Assembly (NCBI GenBank): GCA_039814845.1
Contig: JBCCAJ010000001.1
Span: 1-35,709, forward strand
Source: Pseudomonadota bacterium
GTDB taxonomy: Bacteria; Pseudomonadota; Alphaproteobacteria; Rhodobacterales; Rhodobacteraceae
Length of the DNA stretch: 35,709 bases
Direction: 5' to 3'
Below are positions 6,736-15,914 of the stretch, in pieces (within the stretch, counting starts at the first letter, position 1; every line of letters starts with the position of its first letter). A program made the position numbers and the translations under genes. The notes beneath the pieces were generated by a model. That model did not search any database, was not told where the DNA came from, and was given only the letters and a program-made list of their open reading frames with translations.

Positions 6736-9201
6736 TCAGAGGCCAAAGTCATCTGCCGATCGGAAGAGCTCAAGAAACTTGAGCCGATCCTCCAACTGCT
6801 GGCTGGGCACGACCTCCATCCGTCCCCCGCTTGGCAAGAAGAAAAACGGCACCTCGTCCTCGATGACCTGGACAGTCTCGACAGGCATGTCGTCCGGCTC
6901 ATCTACCGTGACAGATGGTGCATCGATCACCAACGCGTCGAGGTCTTCCTGCGATACGGTCGGCACATCGCCCCCGTCATCGCTCTGGGCATCCATCTGC
7001 TCGTCCTCATCCGGCAGCCCGTCGTCAGGCACTGGATCAGGCTGATCGCTGTCTTCCCCTGACGTGGGGGCCTGGGGGCTGTCCTCCACCGCATCATCGG
7101 GGGCTGGATCGGGCGGGGGGGCCACGCCGTCGGGCAGATCAAGATCGACCTCAAAGAGGGTCTCATACTCTGCCGCCACCTCCTGCGCGCTCAGGGCCGC
7201 ACGGGTGAACTGCACTTCATCGATCAAACCGCCAAAAGCACCGCCGCCGCGCCCGCCAACCAGCATGTCATGCCCGTTGGTGGTCGCCTGAATGCCGGTC
7301 AGGCCGGTCTGTTGATCAACCTTCACCCCATCAAGATAAAGCGTCGCCGTCCCGGTCTCCGCCGAGAACGTATAGGTCATGTGGTGCCAGGCCCCATCGT
7401 CAATGGCGTCCGTCTCCACTTCCAGTCCGATACCCTCCCCGGTCGACGTAACACCACCAACGGTTAACTCACCGTCCTTGGTGCCGATAAACGCCGTACG
7501 CGAGAAATACATCAGCATGCCCGCGTCATCATTGGCCGCGGTGCCACCGTCCTTCTGAAACGCCATCGAGATGGAGAATTCCGGGTTGTCGAGGATCTCT
7601 TCGGAGCGCTCAACCTCCACATAGGCGCTTTCCTCGGACAACCGAAGTGCGGTGCCAAAGCGGCTCTGTTCCGTGTCTGCGGCACCGATGACCGTAACCA
7701 CATTGGCCACGTCACTGATATCCGCGATACCGCCTTCGAAATCCATCGTCACCGCCTCGGCGGTAAAGACCTCGATGGTCTTGTCCGTGGCGGTGGTGGT
7801 CCCATCCGCCAGCGTGAAGGTCGCCGTCACATTGTACTCACCCGCCGTGGCGTAGGTATGCGCAACAGAGCGCCCCGTGCCCGTGGTGCCATCACCAAAG
7901 TCCCAGGCCACAGTACTCCCGGCCAGGTCCGCCTCACTTGCCAGCGTAAAGAGCGACTGCGCCTCAAAGGTGATTGTCTTGACATCCCGACCGGTGCCGC
8001 GCGCGTCCGACAACACCGCCACATAGGCCTCCTCAGAGACGCCAAACTGGCTGATGTCTGCACCAAAGCCCGCAGCAGCACTGCCATCCCGCGTGATCAG
8101 ATCCGTCAGATCAGCATTCGGCTCTAAACCGTTGACAAACAGGTCACCTGCATAGTTTTCGCCCAGCGGATCGCGGTCCTGCGTGAACAGGTTGTCGCCC
8201 AAGGTGATGTTGATATCAGGGTCGTCCACAGACGATCCTGACAGCTGGCCTGCGATGATGTTCCCATCGATGGTCACGTTATCTGTGTCCCGCGTCAGGA
8301 CGATGCCTGGTGCCTGCCCCTCACCGCCGCTGCTTTGCACAAAGCTGTTGTTCAGGATCGACAGCCCATCGACGTTTTCCGCGCGAATGCCCTGCGCGTC
8401 CCCATTGTGCAGCACGTTGTTCTCGATCACCACATTGCGGAACCCCTGCCCAGTGCTACCGCCGGTGTCATCAAGGTGGATACCCAGGATCGGACTGGGG
8501 TTGGTGCCCTGCTTGAGAAAGTTATCACGGATGATGATGTTCTCTTGCGGTCCACTTGGATCGGCCATCGGGAAGATGTGGATCATGTTGCCATGATCAC
8601 CTGTCCCGCCCAGATCAATCGGGTTGGAGCTCTCAAACTGGTTGCCGATGATCTCCACATTGCTGACATCACCGCCGGTCATCGGCGAGGTACGCATGTC
8701 GTGGATATAATTGTCGTGCACATACATGCCGTCGACACGGGCATAGTTAATGCCAATGCGGAAATCGAAAATCTCGGTGCCCGAGATGTTCACATTCTCC
8801 ATTCGGTGGATCTGCACTCCCACACCAACGGGCGCGTCAGCATATTTAGGGTCTAAACTGGGGTCTGGACCGCCATGCAGCACTGAATTCGTCACAGAGA
8901 TATTCGCGCCATCCGTGGCGCGAAAACCAGAGGTATAGCTGGTGTTGCCAACGGGATCGAAATCCACCTCGATCTGGTCGAAATGTATGTCCGAACTACG
9001 CACCAAATGGATCTTGTCAAACACCGCACGATTGTTCGGGTCGGCAGAAACGATCGTAACCCCCTCCCCGCCAAACACCTTACTTCTTAGAAACAACTCA
9101 CCATAGTTACCTGCCTCAAGCTCGATCCGGTCACCGGCGCTGGCGTTGTCCAGCGCGGCACTCAGCCCAGCAGCAGTCGAAACCGTAAACGTCTGTCCCA
9201 T
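6736..9201 (-). CDS. Secreted beta-helix EPS glycanase/lyase (SpsR/WelR/PlyB-like) with PKD and LamG domains
   Basis: N-terminal 'TVSTAAGLSAAL..A..GD.I.L.AG.YG' beta-helix start. PKD motif WDFGDG...HTY...G.Y.V. LamG motif 'DG.WHH...LYLDG...F.G.IDEV'. Acidic D/P/E linker; ends in ADDFGL. Confidence 0.8.
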   Translation of the reverse strand: MGQTFTVSTAAGLSAALDNASAGDRIELEAGNYGELFLRSKVFGGEGVTIVSADPNNRAVFDKIHLVRSSDIHFDQIEVDFDPVGNTSYTSGFRATDGANISVTNSVLHGGPDPSLDPKYADAPVGVGVQIHRMENVNISGTEIFDFRIGINYARVDGMYVHDNYIHDMRTSPMTGGDVSNVEIIGNQFESSNPIDLGGTGDHGNMIHIFPMADPSGPQENIIIRDNFLKQGTNPSPILGIHLDDTGGSTGQGFRNVVIENNVLHNGDAQGIRAENVDGLSILNNSFVQSSGGEGQAPGIVLTRDTDNVTIDGNIIAGQLSGSSVDDPDINITLGDNLFTQDRDPLGENYAGDLFVNGLEPNADLTDLITRDGSAAAGFGADISQFGVSEEAYVAVLSDARGTGRDVKTITFEAQSLFTLASEADLAGSTVAWDFGDGTTGTGRSVAHTYATAGEYNVTATFTLADGTTTATDKTIEVFTAEAVTMDFEGGIADISDVANVVTVIGAADTEQSRFGTALRLSEESAYVEVERSEEILDNPEFSISMAFQKDGGTAANDDAGMLMYFSRTAFIGTKDGELTVGGVTSTGEGIGLEVETDAIDDGAWHHMTYTFSAETGTATLYLDGVKVDQQTGLTGIQATTNGHDMLVGGRGGGAFGGLIDEVQFTRAALSAQEVAAEYETLFEVDLDLPDGVAPPPDPAPDDAVEDSPQAPTSGEDSDQPDPVPDDGLPDEDEQMDAQSDDGGDVPTVSQEDLDALVIDAPSVTVDEPDDMPVETVQVIEDEVPFFFLPSGGRMEVVPSQQLEDRLKFLELFRSADDFGL

Positions 9202-9619
9202 AATCTATCCTAAGTAGGATCGCGGTCACAGCAGCACGAGGCTGCCCCTCAGATGTACCGCGATAGTTTTAATAAAAAGCAAGACCGTGAAGAATTCATG
9301 AAATCCCCAAGACCGATCCTGCACCTGCGCGCTCACCTAGGCGCGGCCCAAACCGGGACGCAAATTTAAATAAAGTGCCTGAATGAAACCGGCAGTAACA
9401 AGCTGATTTCACGAAGCTTACTGCAAGATTCCGCTCACTTCACAAATCTTTGGGATGCATGGAAACAATGCTCTGATTATAGAGGCATTGTGTCACAAAC
9501 TGGGCCAACTCGGTCCGGTCGCACAAAATTTGGTCAAACCGGCCCATAATGCCGTCAGGTATGCAGTATAGGTGTCTCTAGGCAGCAGTTTAGAGACCTC
9601 TTTCGTGCGGCAGCGCGCC

Positions 9620-10477
9620 TTAATCCGCGCCGCGCAGCGCCTGACCCAACATCCACCCCATCCGCGCCAATCGGATGCGCACCAACGTGCCAACCGCACG
9701 TCGTTTTTCCAGCACCGTCAGACCCGGCGCACGCAGCACTTTAGGCAGATGCGCCAGCACACTTGCCGGCATCAGCAGCGCCCTGAGCGCCCATTTCATC
9801 CGCCCGGAATGTCCCTCGAGCAAGAACCCTTCCCGCGTCAGCCGCCGCCACTTGTGACGCAGCGCCGCCCAGTCCTGTCGTGACGGATGCCCAGCGGCAA
9901 ACTCATGCTCAAACGCCAGCGTATGACCGGCCTTGGCGGCGCGCTGGCTCCATTCTTTGTCCTCGGAAACCGCCGGGCGGAACCCGCCTACATCTTCGAA
10001 GACCGCGCGCGACACCACCAGATTGCCCGCCCCCAGAAAGGCATCACGCGTCAGATACGCCGCCATCTTGAAGGCAAAAACCTGCTCGAATGCTTCGGCC
10101 CCGGAACAAGGGCGCGGCGTTTCATGAAACACATCCACGCGCCCACCGATGACCGTGCCATCCTTGGCAATTCGCCGCCCGACCGCCAGCCAATCTGAGG
10201 CGGGCAGGCAATCGGCATCAATGAACATGAGCCAGGGGGCCGTTGTCTCGGCCACGCCCCGGTTGCGCGCGGGGCCTGCCCCGCTTGTCGGTTCCGTGAC
10301 AAAACGGACCGTGGGAAATGCGTCTCTAACGGGGGATAGATCCACCGTCGAGGCATTATCAGCAACCACAATTTCCACATCCTCATCCGCCTGCGGGATC
10401 AAGGCGGTCAGACAGCGGGCCAGCCGCTCTGGGTCGTTGTAATGCGGAATGATTACAGCAATTTCGTAAGACATCAT
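9620..10477 (-). CDS. Glycosyltransferase family 2
   Basis: VIIPHYN, VADNAS, G.GPARN.G, FIDAD and EDKEW motifs. Confidence 0.93.
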   Translation of the reverse strand: MMSYEIAVIIPHYNDPERLARCLTALIPQADEDVEIVVADNASTVDLSPVRDAFPTVRFVTEPTSGAGPARNRGVAETTAPWLMFIDADCLPASDWLAVGRRIAKDGTVIGGRVDVFHETPRPCSGAEAFEQVFAFKMAAYLTRDAFLGAGNLVVSRAVFEDVGGFRPAVSEDKEWSQRAAKAGHTLAFEHEFAAGHPSRQDWAALRHKWRRLTREGFLLEGHSGRMKWALRALLMPASVLAHLPKVLRAPGLTVLEKRRAVGTLVRIRLARMGWMLGQALRGAD

Positions 10478-10612
10478 CGGTCATATCTCATCGGCAGTTC
10501 AGGTGCAGTGATGCCGCATCACTACGGCGAAAGATAGACAGGTTTGAGATTTATGCTGCAATGCAACGTCACCCCGTGTAATCCCTGCGCGCGCCCTATG
10601 GAAACCAATCGC

Positions 10613-11569
10613 ATGACCCAAACGCCCCCGCCGTCGAGCCCAATTCTGTCCATCATTGTGGTCAGCTATAACACCAAGCAGATGACCTTGGACTGCCTTG
10701 CGTCCCTCTACGATCAGACCACCCTGCCGTTTGAGCTGATCGTGGTCGACAATGCCTCCACCGACGGCTCGGCAGAGGCCATCGCCGAGGCGTTTCCTCA
10801 GGCCCATCTGATCGCCGAGCAGACCAATCACGGCTTTGCCCCCGCCCATGACATCGCCCTGCCCCACGCCACCGCCCCCTGGCTCTTGCTTTTGAACCCG
10901 GACACCGTGGTGCTGGACGGTGCCATCGACAAGCTTTTCGCCTTTACAGAGACGCATCCAGAGGCGGGCATCTGGGGCGGCAAGACCCTTTATGCCGACC
11001 GTTCGCTCAACCCCTATTCCGTCTGGGGCCGCATGACGCTCTGGTCCACCTTCTGCCGCGTGGCGGGTCTGTCGGGTATCTTCAAAAGCTCCGAGCTGTT
11101 CAATTCCGAGACCTATGGCCAATGGCCCCGTGACAGGATCCGCGCCGTCGACATCGTGGTCGGATGTCTCTTCCTCATGCGCCGCGCCGATTGGGATGCG
11201 CTGGGGGGCTTTGACCCGGCATTCTTCATGTATGGGGAAGAGGCCGATCTGTGCCTGCGCGCCCGCGCCGCCGGCCACGCCCCGATGATGACGCCCGATG
11301 CCGTGATCGTGCACTATGGCGGGGCCTCAGATACCGTGCGCGCCGACAAGATGGTCCGCCTGCTGCGCGCCAAGACCGAACTGGTCAAACGCCACTTTGC
11401 GCCGGGCACCCGCCACCTGGGCCGCGCGCTCTTTGCGCTTTGGCCACTGTCGCGCTGGATCGCCACAGGGCTTGCCGGGACAGTGCTGGGCCGCGAAAGC
11501 CTGCGCACCAAATCCAAAACATGGGGCGAGATCTGGCAGCGCCGTGCGGAATGGCGCGACGGGTTTTAG
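10613..11569 (+). CDS. Glycosyltransferase family 2 (WbbL/rhamnosyltransferase-like subtype)
   Basis: SIIVVSYN, VVDNASTDGS, LLLNPD and GGFDPAFFMYGEEADLC motifs. Start uncertain (10598 or 10613). Confidence 0.92.
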   Translation: MTQTPPPSSPILSIIVVSYNTKQMTLDCLASLYDQTTLPFELIVVDNASTDGSAEAIAEAFPQAHLIAEQTNHGFAPAHDIALPHATAPWLLLLNPDTVVLDGAIDKLFAFTETHPEAGIWGGKTLYADRSLNPYSVWGRMTLWSTFCRVAGLSGIFKSSELFNSETYGQWPRDRIRAVDIVVGCLFLMRRADWDALGGFDPAFFMYGEEADLCLRARAAGHAPMMTPDAVIVHYGGASDTVRADKMVRLLRAKTELVKRHFAPGTRHLGRALFALWPLSRWIATGLAGTVLGRESLRTKSKTWGEIWQRRAEWRDGF

Positions 11570-11593
11570 ACCCTAAAGCGCCCCGCCTTAAAC

Positions 11594-12592
11594 CTAGCGC
11601 GCCTTCAGCCACGCCTCCAACGCATCCATCAGATCTTCGGTCACATCCGCCCCGCTCAGCGTGATCTTACCCTTGCCGCGCTTCACCGTGATCCCCGCCT
11701 GCGGTGCCTCATCGGCCCTCTCAACCCTCTTCGGAGCAGCGGAGGGGGCAGCCTCACCAACAGGTCGCAACGCCTCTGACAGCACCTCCTGCTCGGCCTC
11801 CGCATCACGTTCAAGATCTTCGGGCAGCGCCATGGCAATCCGTGCGGCCAGCCGCGCATCCGTCTCAAGCGCACGGGCCAGCGCCAGACCCTGTTTCTCC
11901 GTCAGGCGCGCGGGATACTGCAGCACCTCATCCAGCGCCTCATAGATCGCAAGGAACGATGCGATCTTGGAACGCTTGGACGACGACACATTCCCGAAAA
12001 GCCCCTTCACCGCCAACCGCGCCGTGGGATAGGCACCTTGCTCCGCAGCCCGCGCCGCAATCCGCGCGCGCTCATAGAAACTAAGCCCTGCGCGGATCTC
12101 GTTCTCCTCGACCATGGCAAGGTATGCCTCTGAGGCCGTCTGCGGTGCCCGCACAAGGCAAAGCGCATCATCTGCGCCCTCAATCCCCCGCAGCGCCACC
12201 AGACGCCGCCAGCCCGAGATCAGGCCAAAGCGCCCCTCGCCCAGGGCCACCACCTCCAGCGGGGTCTGCTGGCCGCGCACGCGCAGGCTCTGCTCCAAGG
12301 CAGCCATCTCTTCGGCATCGACGACGGCGCGGTCGCGCACCAGATAGGTCTCGTCAATCGCATCAAGTGCGATCCGCTGAATGAGCCGCCCTTCGCGCCG
12401 CGCATCTGTCATCTCGCCTGCGACTTCTTCGAGTGCGGCCTGTTTGGCCGAGGCCCCCGCCACATCGGCAATCGGAGCGGTCCGCACCCCGGCCCAGCCG
12501 TTGGGCAGCGCCTTGGTTTCGGGTGCGCGTTCAGAGCCGGGCTGCAGCGCATCCATCAGAGCGGCAGGGGCGAGGCGTTTACGCTTGGCCAT
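11594..12592 (-). CDS. parB: ParB family plasmid partitioning protein
   Basis: 'L..SL..RGQQTP', 'LISGWRRL' (box II) and 'ENEIRAGLS.YE' motifs; downstream of parA; RBS AAGGA. Confidence 0.92.
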   Translation of the reverse strand: MAKRKRLAPAALMDALQPGSERAPETKALPNGWAGVRTAPIADVAGASAKQAALEEVAGEMTDARREGRLIQRIALDAIDETYLVRDRAVVDAEEMAALEQSLRVRGQQTPLEVVALGEGRFGLISGWRRLVALRGIEGADDALCLVRAPQTASEAYLAMVEENEIRAGLSFYERARIAARAAEQGAYPTARLAVKGLFGNVSSSKRSKIASFLAIYEALDEVLQYPARLTEKQGLALARALETDARLAARIAMALPEDLERDAEAEQEVLSEALRPVGEAAPSAAPKRVERADEAPQAGITVKRGKGKITLSGADVTEDLMDALEAWLKAR

Positions 12593-12715
12593 GAGACATC
12601 CTTTCATTGCGTGCAGTGATATTCACCCAACAGTTTGGATGTCGCGTAAACCAACCGAACGCCCACTTTTCACAAAATCCCGATTCAATGAAATCAATGC
12701 CTTGGAACCCAAATG

Positions 12716-12729
12716 TTTCGCATGCGAAA
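12716..12729. promoter_or_regulatory. Candidate parS centromere palindrome TTTCGCATGCGAAA
   Basis: Perfect 14-bp palindrome in the parA-parB intergenic region. Confidence 0.6.
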
Positions 12730-12760
12730 ACTTTTCGCGCCCCGGCAAGCACTCCAAAAT

Positions 12761-14137
12761 TCATTCTGCCGCCTCCGCCTGAGCGGCAATCTCATCACGT
12801 CGCCAGATCCCCAGCAACAATTGCTTGAACGCGGCATAGGTTTCATCAAAGGTTGCGCGCCCGCGGGCATAGGTGTCGCGGTTGAAGTTGCGGTAGTCCG
12901 CCTCGTAGATGCCGTTCACCTCTTCTCCCGCCTGGCCAATCAGCGCCGTGAAATCCTGCCGGTAAGGCGACAAGGTCTTGCCGAGATAGGCCTGCATGAG
13001 CCCTGCCATCTCGGCCTGCTGGGCACCGTCATAGCGCGTGACGACCGCGCGCACCGCGTCCCATTCAAAGCGCATCTCCTCGCGCCCCAAGGCCCGCGCT
13101 GCGATGTTCTCGCCTTCCTCAATGGACTGGAAGGTCGAATGCAGCATGTCAAAAAACCGCCCCGTAGAGTCGAATTCCACGAAGGATGCGCCCAGAGGCA
13201 CCAGCAGAATGTCGGCTGCCGAAAGACCATTGATCGTCAGATAACCAAGAGCAGGGGGCGTATCCAAAAACACCAGATCATAGTCGTCAAGCACACCGTC
13301 CTCGGCCAATGTTTCACTCAGCGCATCCCAGAGTTTCCAGCCCCGTGCGGCCATGCGCCAGACCGGGATCTGGAACTCGGACCAATAGAGATTGAGCTGT
13401 GCCCCGATGATATCAATGTTGGGCCAATGGGTTTCCTGCACGATGCTTTTGGCCGTGATCTTCAGCGCTTCGTCCAATGTTTCATCCAGCGGTTGCGGTG
13501 CCTCGCCCCGGTCCAGACGGCGCTGGTTGTCGCGTCTGAGATGCGTCGCATAATGCCGCGCGAGCAGAGGAAAGACGGTCGACCATTCGTCCGGCACCTG
13601 CGCGCCAAAGATCGAGGTCATGGACCCTTGGCTATCAAGATCAATGACCAGCACCTTGTAGCCGTCCAGAGCCGCTGACATGGCCAGGTGCGCACAGGTG
13701 GAGGTCTTGCCCACCCCGCCTTTGAAGTTGGCGACAGCCACGATCTTGGCATCCAGCCCCTCAGGGCGGTAGGGCATGTACTCCTTGGCTTTGGACCCTT
13801 CAGCCCCAAAATGCGCGCGCAGCTTCAAGACCTCATCAAGGCTGAACCACCGCGCCCCGCCTTCGGTCTCGGAGATGCCTTGCGGCAGATCAGGGTTGGC
13901 CCGCAGCACGCGGCGGAAGTGGGCGGGGGCAACTGGAATGAGGTACTTTGTGATTTCCCAGGTGGAGAACAGCCGCAGCTTTTTGCGCCCCGTCTCGTCC
14001 ATGCCGCGCGCGGCCAGATCATCGCGCCCGCGCTGACAGTTCTGGGCAATCTGCGCAAAGCCTGTCGTGTCGGTGGCTGCTCCCAAAGACGCCTGCGCCT
14101 CATCTGGGTTGATGTTGAAATAGGGGGGGCTGCTCAT
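12761..14137 (-). CDS. parA: ParA family partitioning ATPase with N-terminal extension
   Basis: Deviant Walker A NFKGGVGKTS, IDLDSQGS, LDTPPALG. Start placed at ATG 14137 (MSSPPYFNI). Confidence 0.93.
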   Translation of the reverse strand: MSSPPYFNINPDEAQASLGAATDTTGFAQIAQNCQRGRDDLAARGMDETGRKKLRLFSTWEITKYLIPVAPAHFRRVLRANPDLPQGISETEGGARWFSLDEVLKLRAHFGAEGSKAKEYMPYRPEGLDAKIVAVANFKGGVGKTSTCAHLAMSAALDGYKVLVIDLDSQGSMTSIFGAQVPDEWSTVFPLLARHYATHLRRDNQRRLDRGEAPQPLDETLDEALKITAKSIVQETHWPNIDIIGAQLNLYWSEFQIPVWRMAARGWKLWDALSETLAEDGVLDDYDLVFLDTPPALGYLTINGLSAADILLVPLGASFVEFDSTGRFFDMLHSTFQSIEEGENIAARALGREEMRFEWDAVRAVVTRYDGAQQAEMAGLMQAYLGKTLSPYRQDFTALIGQAGEEVNGIYEADYRNFNRDTYARGRATFDETYAAFKQLLLGIWRRDEIAAQAEAAE

Positions 14138-14280
14138 TTTTTGACCCTTATGTACCGTGTTTTCCACAAAGTAGCACGAAAGGTGGTACATGAGAAGATA
14201 GGTTGAACACACATTCTGTTTTCTTAGCAAATCAAGGGGTTCTGTAGGACACAGCGCTGCTGATCTGGAGCCTAGCCCAT

Positions 14281-14345
14281 CTTTTTACTGTTAGATATAG
14301 GTTATTAGATAGTTACGAGGGATGTGATGCTTCTAAGTCTTTGTT
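14281..14345. other. AT-rich segment of the putative plasmid origin (DNA unwinding element)
   Basis: CTTTTTACTGTTAGATATAGGTTATTAGATAGTTA..., with TTAGATA twice, just upstream of the iterons. Confidence 0.5.
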
Positions 14346-14380
14346 TCTGCATGCTCAGAAGCGCATTTGAAACCACGAAG

Positions 14381-14441
14381 CGACTCTGATCCCACGATAA
14401 GGCGACTCCGTTCCCACGAGCAACCGACTCCGATCCCCCGA
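14381..14441 (+). repeat. Three iteron-like direct repeats (17-bp core, 22-bp period)
   Basis: CGACTCTGATCCCACGA (14381), CGACTCCGTTCCCACGA (14403), CGACTCCGATCCCCCGA (14425), upstream of rep. Confidence 0.8.
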
Positions 14442-14585
14442 TGCGCGCCGCCACGCCCTGTGGACAGAATCGCGGGCGGACCCTAGACAGGTGTCACTGA
14501 AACGACGAAGACCCCGACAAGAGCCATAAGGCCACCGCGGGCGAGCAGGCAGGCAGATGTTCATCGATCCCCATCCGGTGCACCC

Positions 14586-15611
14586 ATGAGCGGTGCGCTG
14601 ACATCCAATACACCGGACCCAATACAGGGTCATATTCAGGGTGATTTCTTCGTCTGCGATTTTTTCGCAGCCGTCCCCAAACACGATTTGGCGAGCATGG
14701 AGCACCCGCTCTTTTCGCTCTCGACCCGGCCGGACCGGCGGATCCTCAACTACACCCACGGCGAGACCGAGATGACGATCACCCCCTCGGCGCGGGGGCG
14801 GGCGACGATCTTTGATGCGGACATCCTGATCTTTTGCATCAGCCAGCTGATGGCGGCGGTGAACGCCGGGCGTGCAACCTCTCGCACGCTGACGCTGACC
14901 GCGCATGATCTGTTGAAGGCGACCGGGCGCGAAACTTCGGGCGATGGCTACAAGCGGTTGCGTGACGCGTTTGAGCGGCTTGCGGGCACGCGCATCACCA
15001 CCAACATCACCACCGGGCCCAAGGACGATCCCACTGAGACGACCACGGGCTTTGGCCTGATCGAGAGCTGGCAGATCGTGCGGCGCACGCGGGCAGGGCG
15101 GATGGTGAGTGTCTCCGTCACGCTCTCGGAGTGGCTCTATCGGGCGGTGCTGTCGAAATCCGTGCTCACACTCAGCCGCGCGTACTTCTCTTTGCGCAGA
15201 CCCTTGGAACGCCGGCTTTATGAGCTGGCGCGCAAACACTGTGGACGTCAGCCGGTTTGGCGGGTCTCCGTCGAGGTGCTGTGCCTCAAGTCCGGCTCTA
15301 CATCCCCCCGCCGCGTCTTTCGTGCGATGCTGCGCGAGATCATCAAGGCGGACACGATCCCCGATTATGTGCTGACCGAAGAGCCGGGCGATATCATCTG
15401 CGTCACCCCGCGTAGCGCGGTGATCGAGCCAGGCCGCGCGCCTGTGCTGTCACAAGAGGCCCGCGATCAGGCGCGCCGCCTTATGCCGGGATGCGACGTC
15501 TATGCGCTGGAGGCCGATTGGCTGGCGTTCTGGGCGGCAAGCGGCAGGCGCGCGCTCAAAGCCCCGGACCGGGCGTTTCTGGGATGGGTCAAGAAACAGG
15601 CCGCATTCTAG
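14586..15611 (+). CDS. repA: Plasmid replication initiator protein A (RPA family, RepA-type replicon)
   Basis: 'K.D.ASMEHP.FSL', 'G.ATI.D.DILI.CISQL', 'RL.GT.I.TNI', 'YF.L..PLERR.YE.ARKHCG.Q' motifs; divergent from parAB. Confidence 0.92.
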   Translation: MSGALTSNTPDPIQGHIQGDFFVCDFFAAVPKHDLASMEHPLFSLSTRPDRRILNYTHGETEMTITPSARGRATIFDADILIFCISQLMAAVNAGRATSRTLTLTAHDLLKATGRETSGDGYKRLRDAFERLAGTRITTNITTGPKDDPTETTTGFGLIESWQIVRRTRAGRMVSVSVTLSEWLYRAVLSKSVLTLSRAYFSLRRPLERRLYELARKHCGRQPVWRVSVEVLCLKSGSTSPRRVFRAMLREIIKADTIPDYVLTEEPGDIICVTPRSAVIEPGRAPVLSQEARDQARRLMPGCDVYALEADWLAFWAASGRRALKAPDRAFLGWVKKQAAF

Positions 15612-15914
15612 GCTCTGAGCCCGATCGGCGCTGATTTTTCAGGCAGTATCCTGCTGGTTCTTGGGCAGCGACCTCTTTCGGCTTGGTGGGTGCCGGGCCG
15701 CCCCCCTATAATCGTACAAGTTGAATTTTGCGGTACTATTGGCCTGTGACGCAAATCTGTGCTATACTGCGTTGCAGCGAGAATTTTTATCGCAGCTTGT
15801 CTACACTCTAAGCTCTTCTGCCATAGGGCATATTTCAGTAACCCGTGCTTTGGTTCTTTTTTGATCTCATTACCTTCTGTTGTCGGTGCGGCCGGCACTA
15901 AGAAAGCCATACAC

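Noticed and set aside
14381-14441. Possible mini-CRISPR array
   Set aside because: Spacers are only 5 bp, there are no cas genes, and the position upstream of rep indicates iterons.
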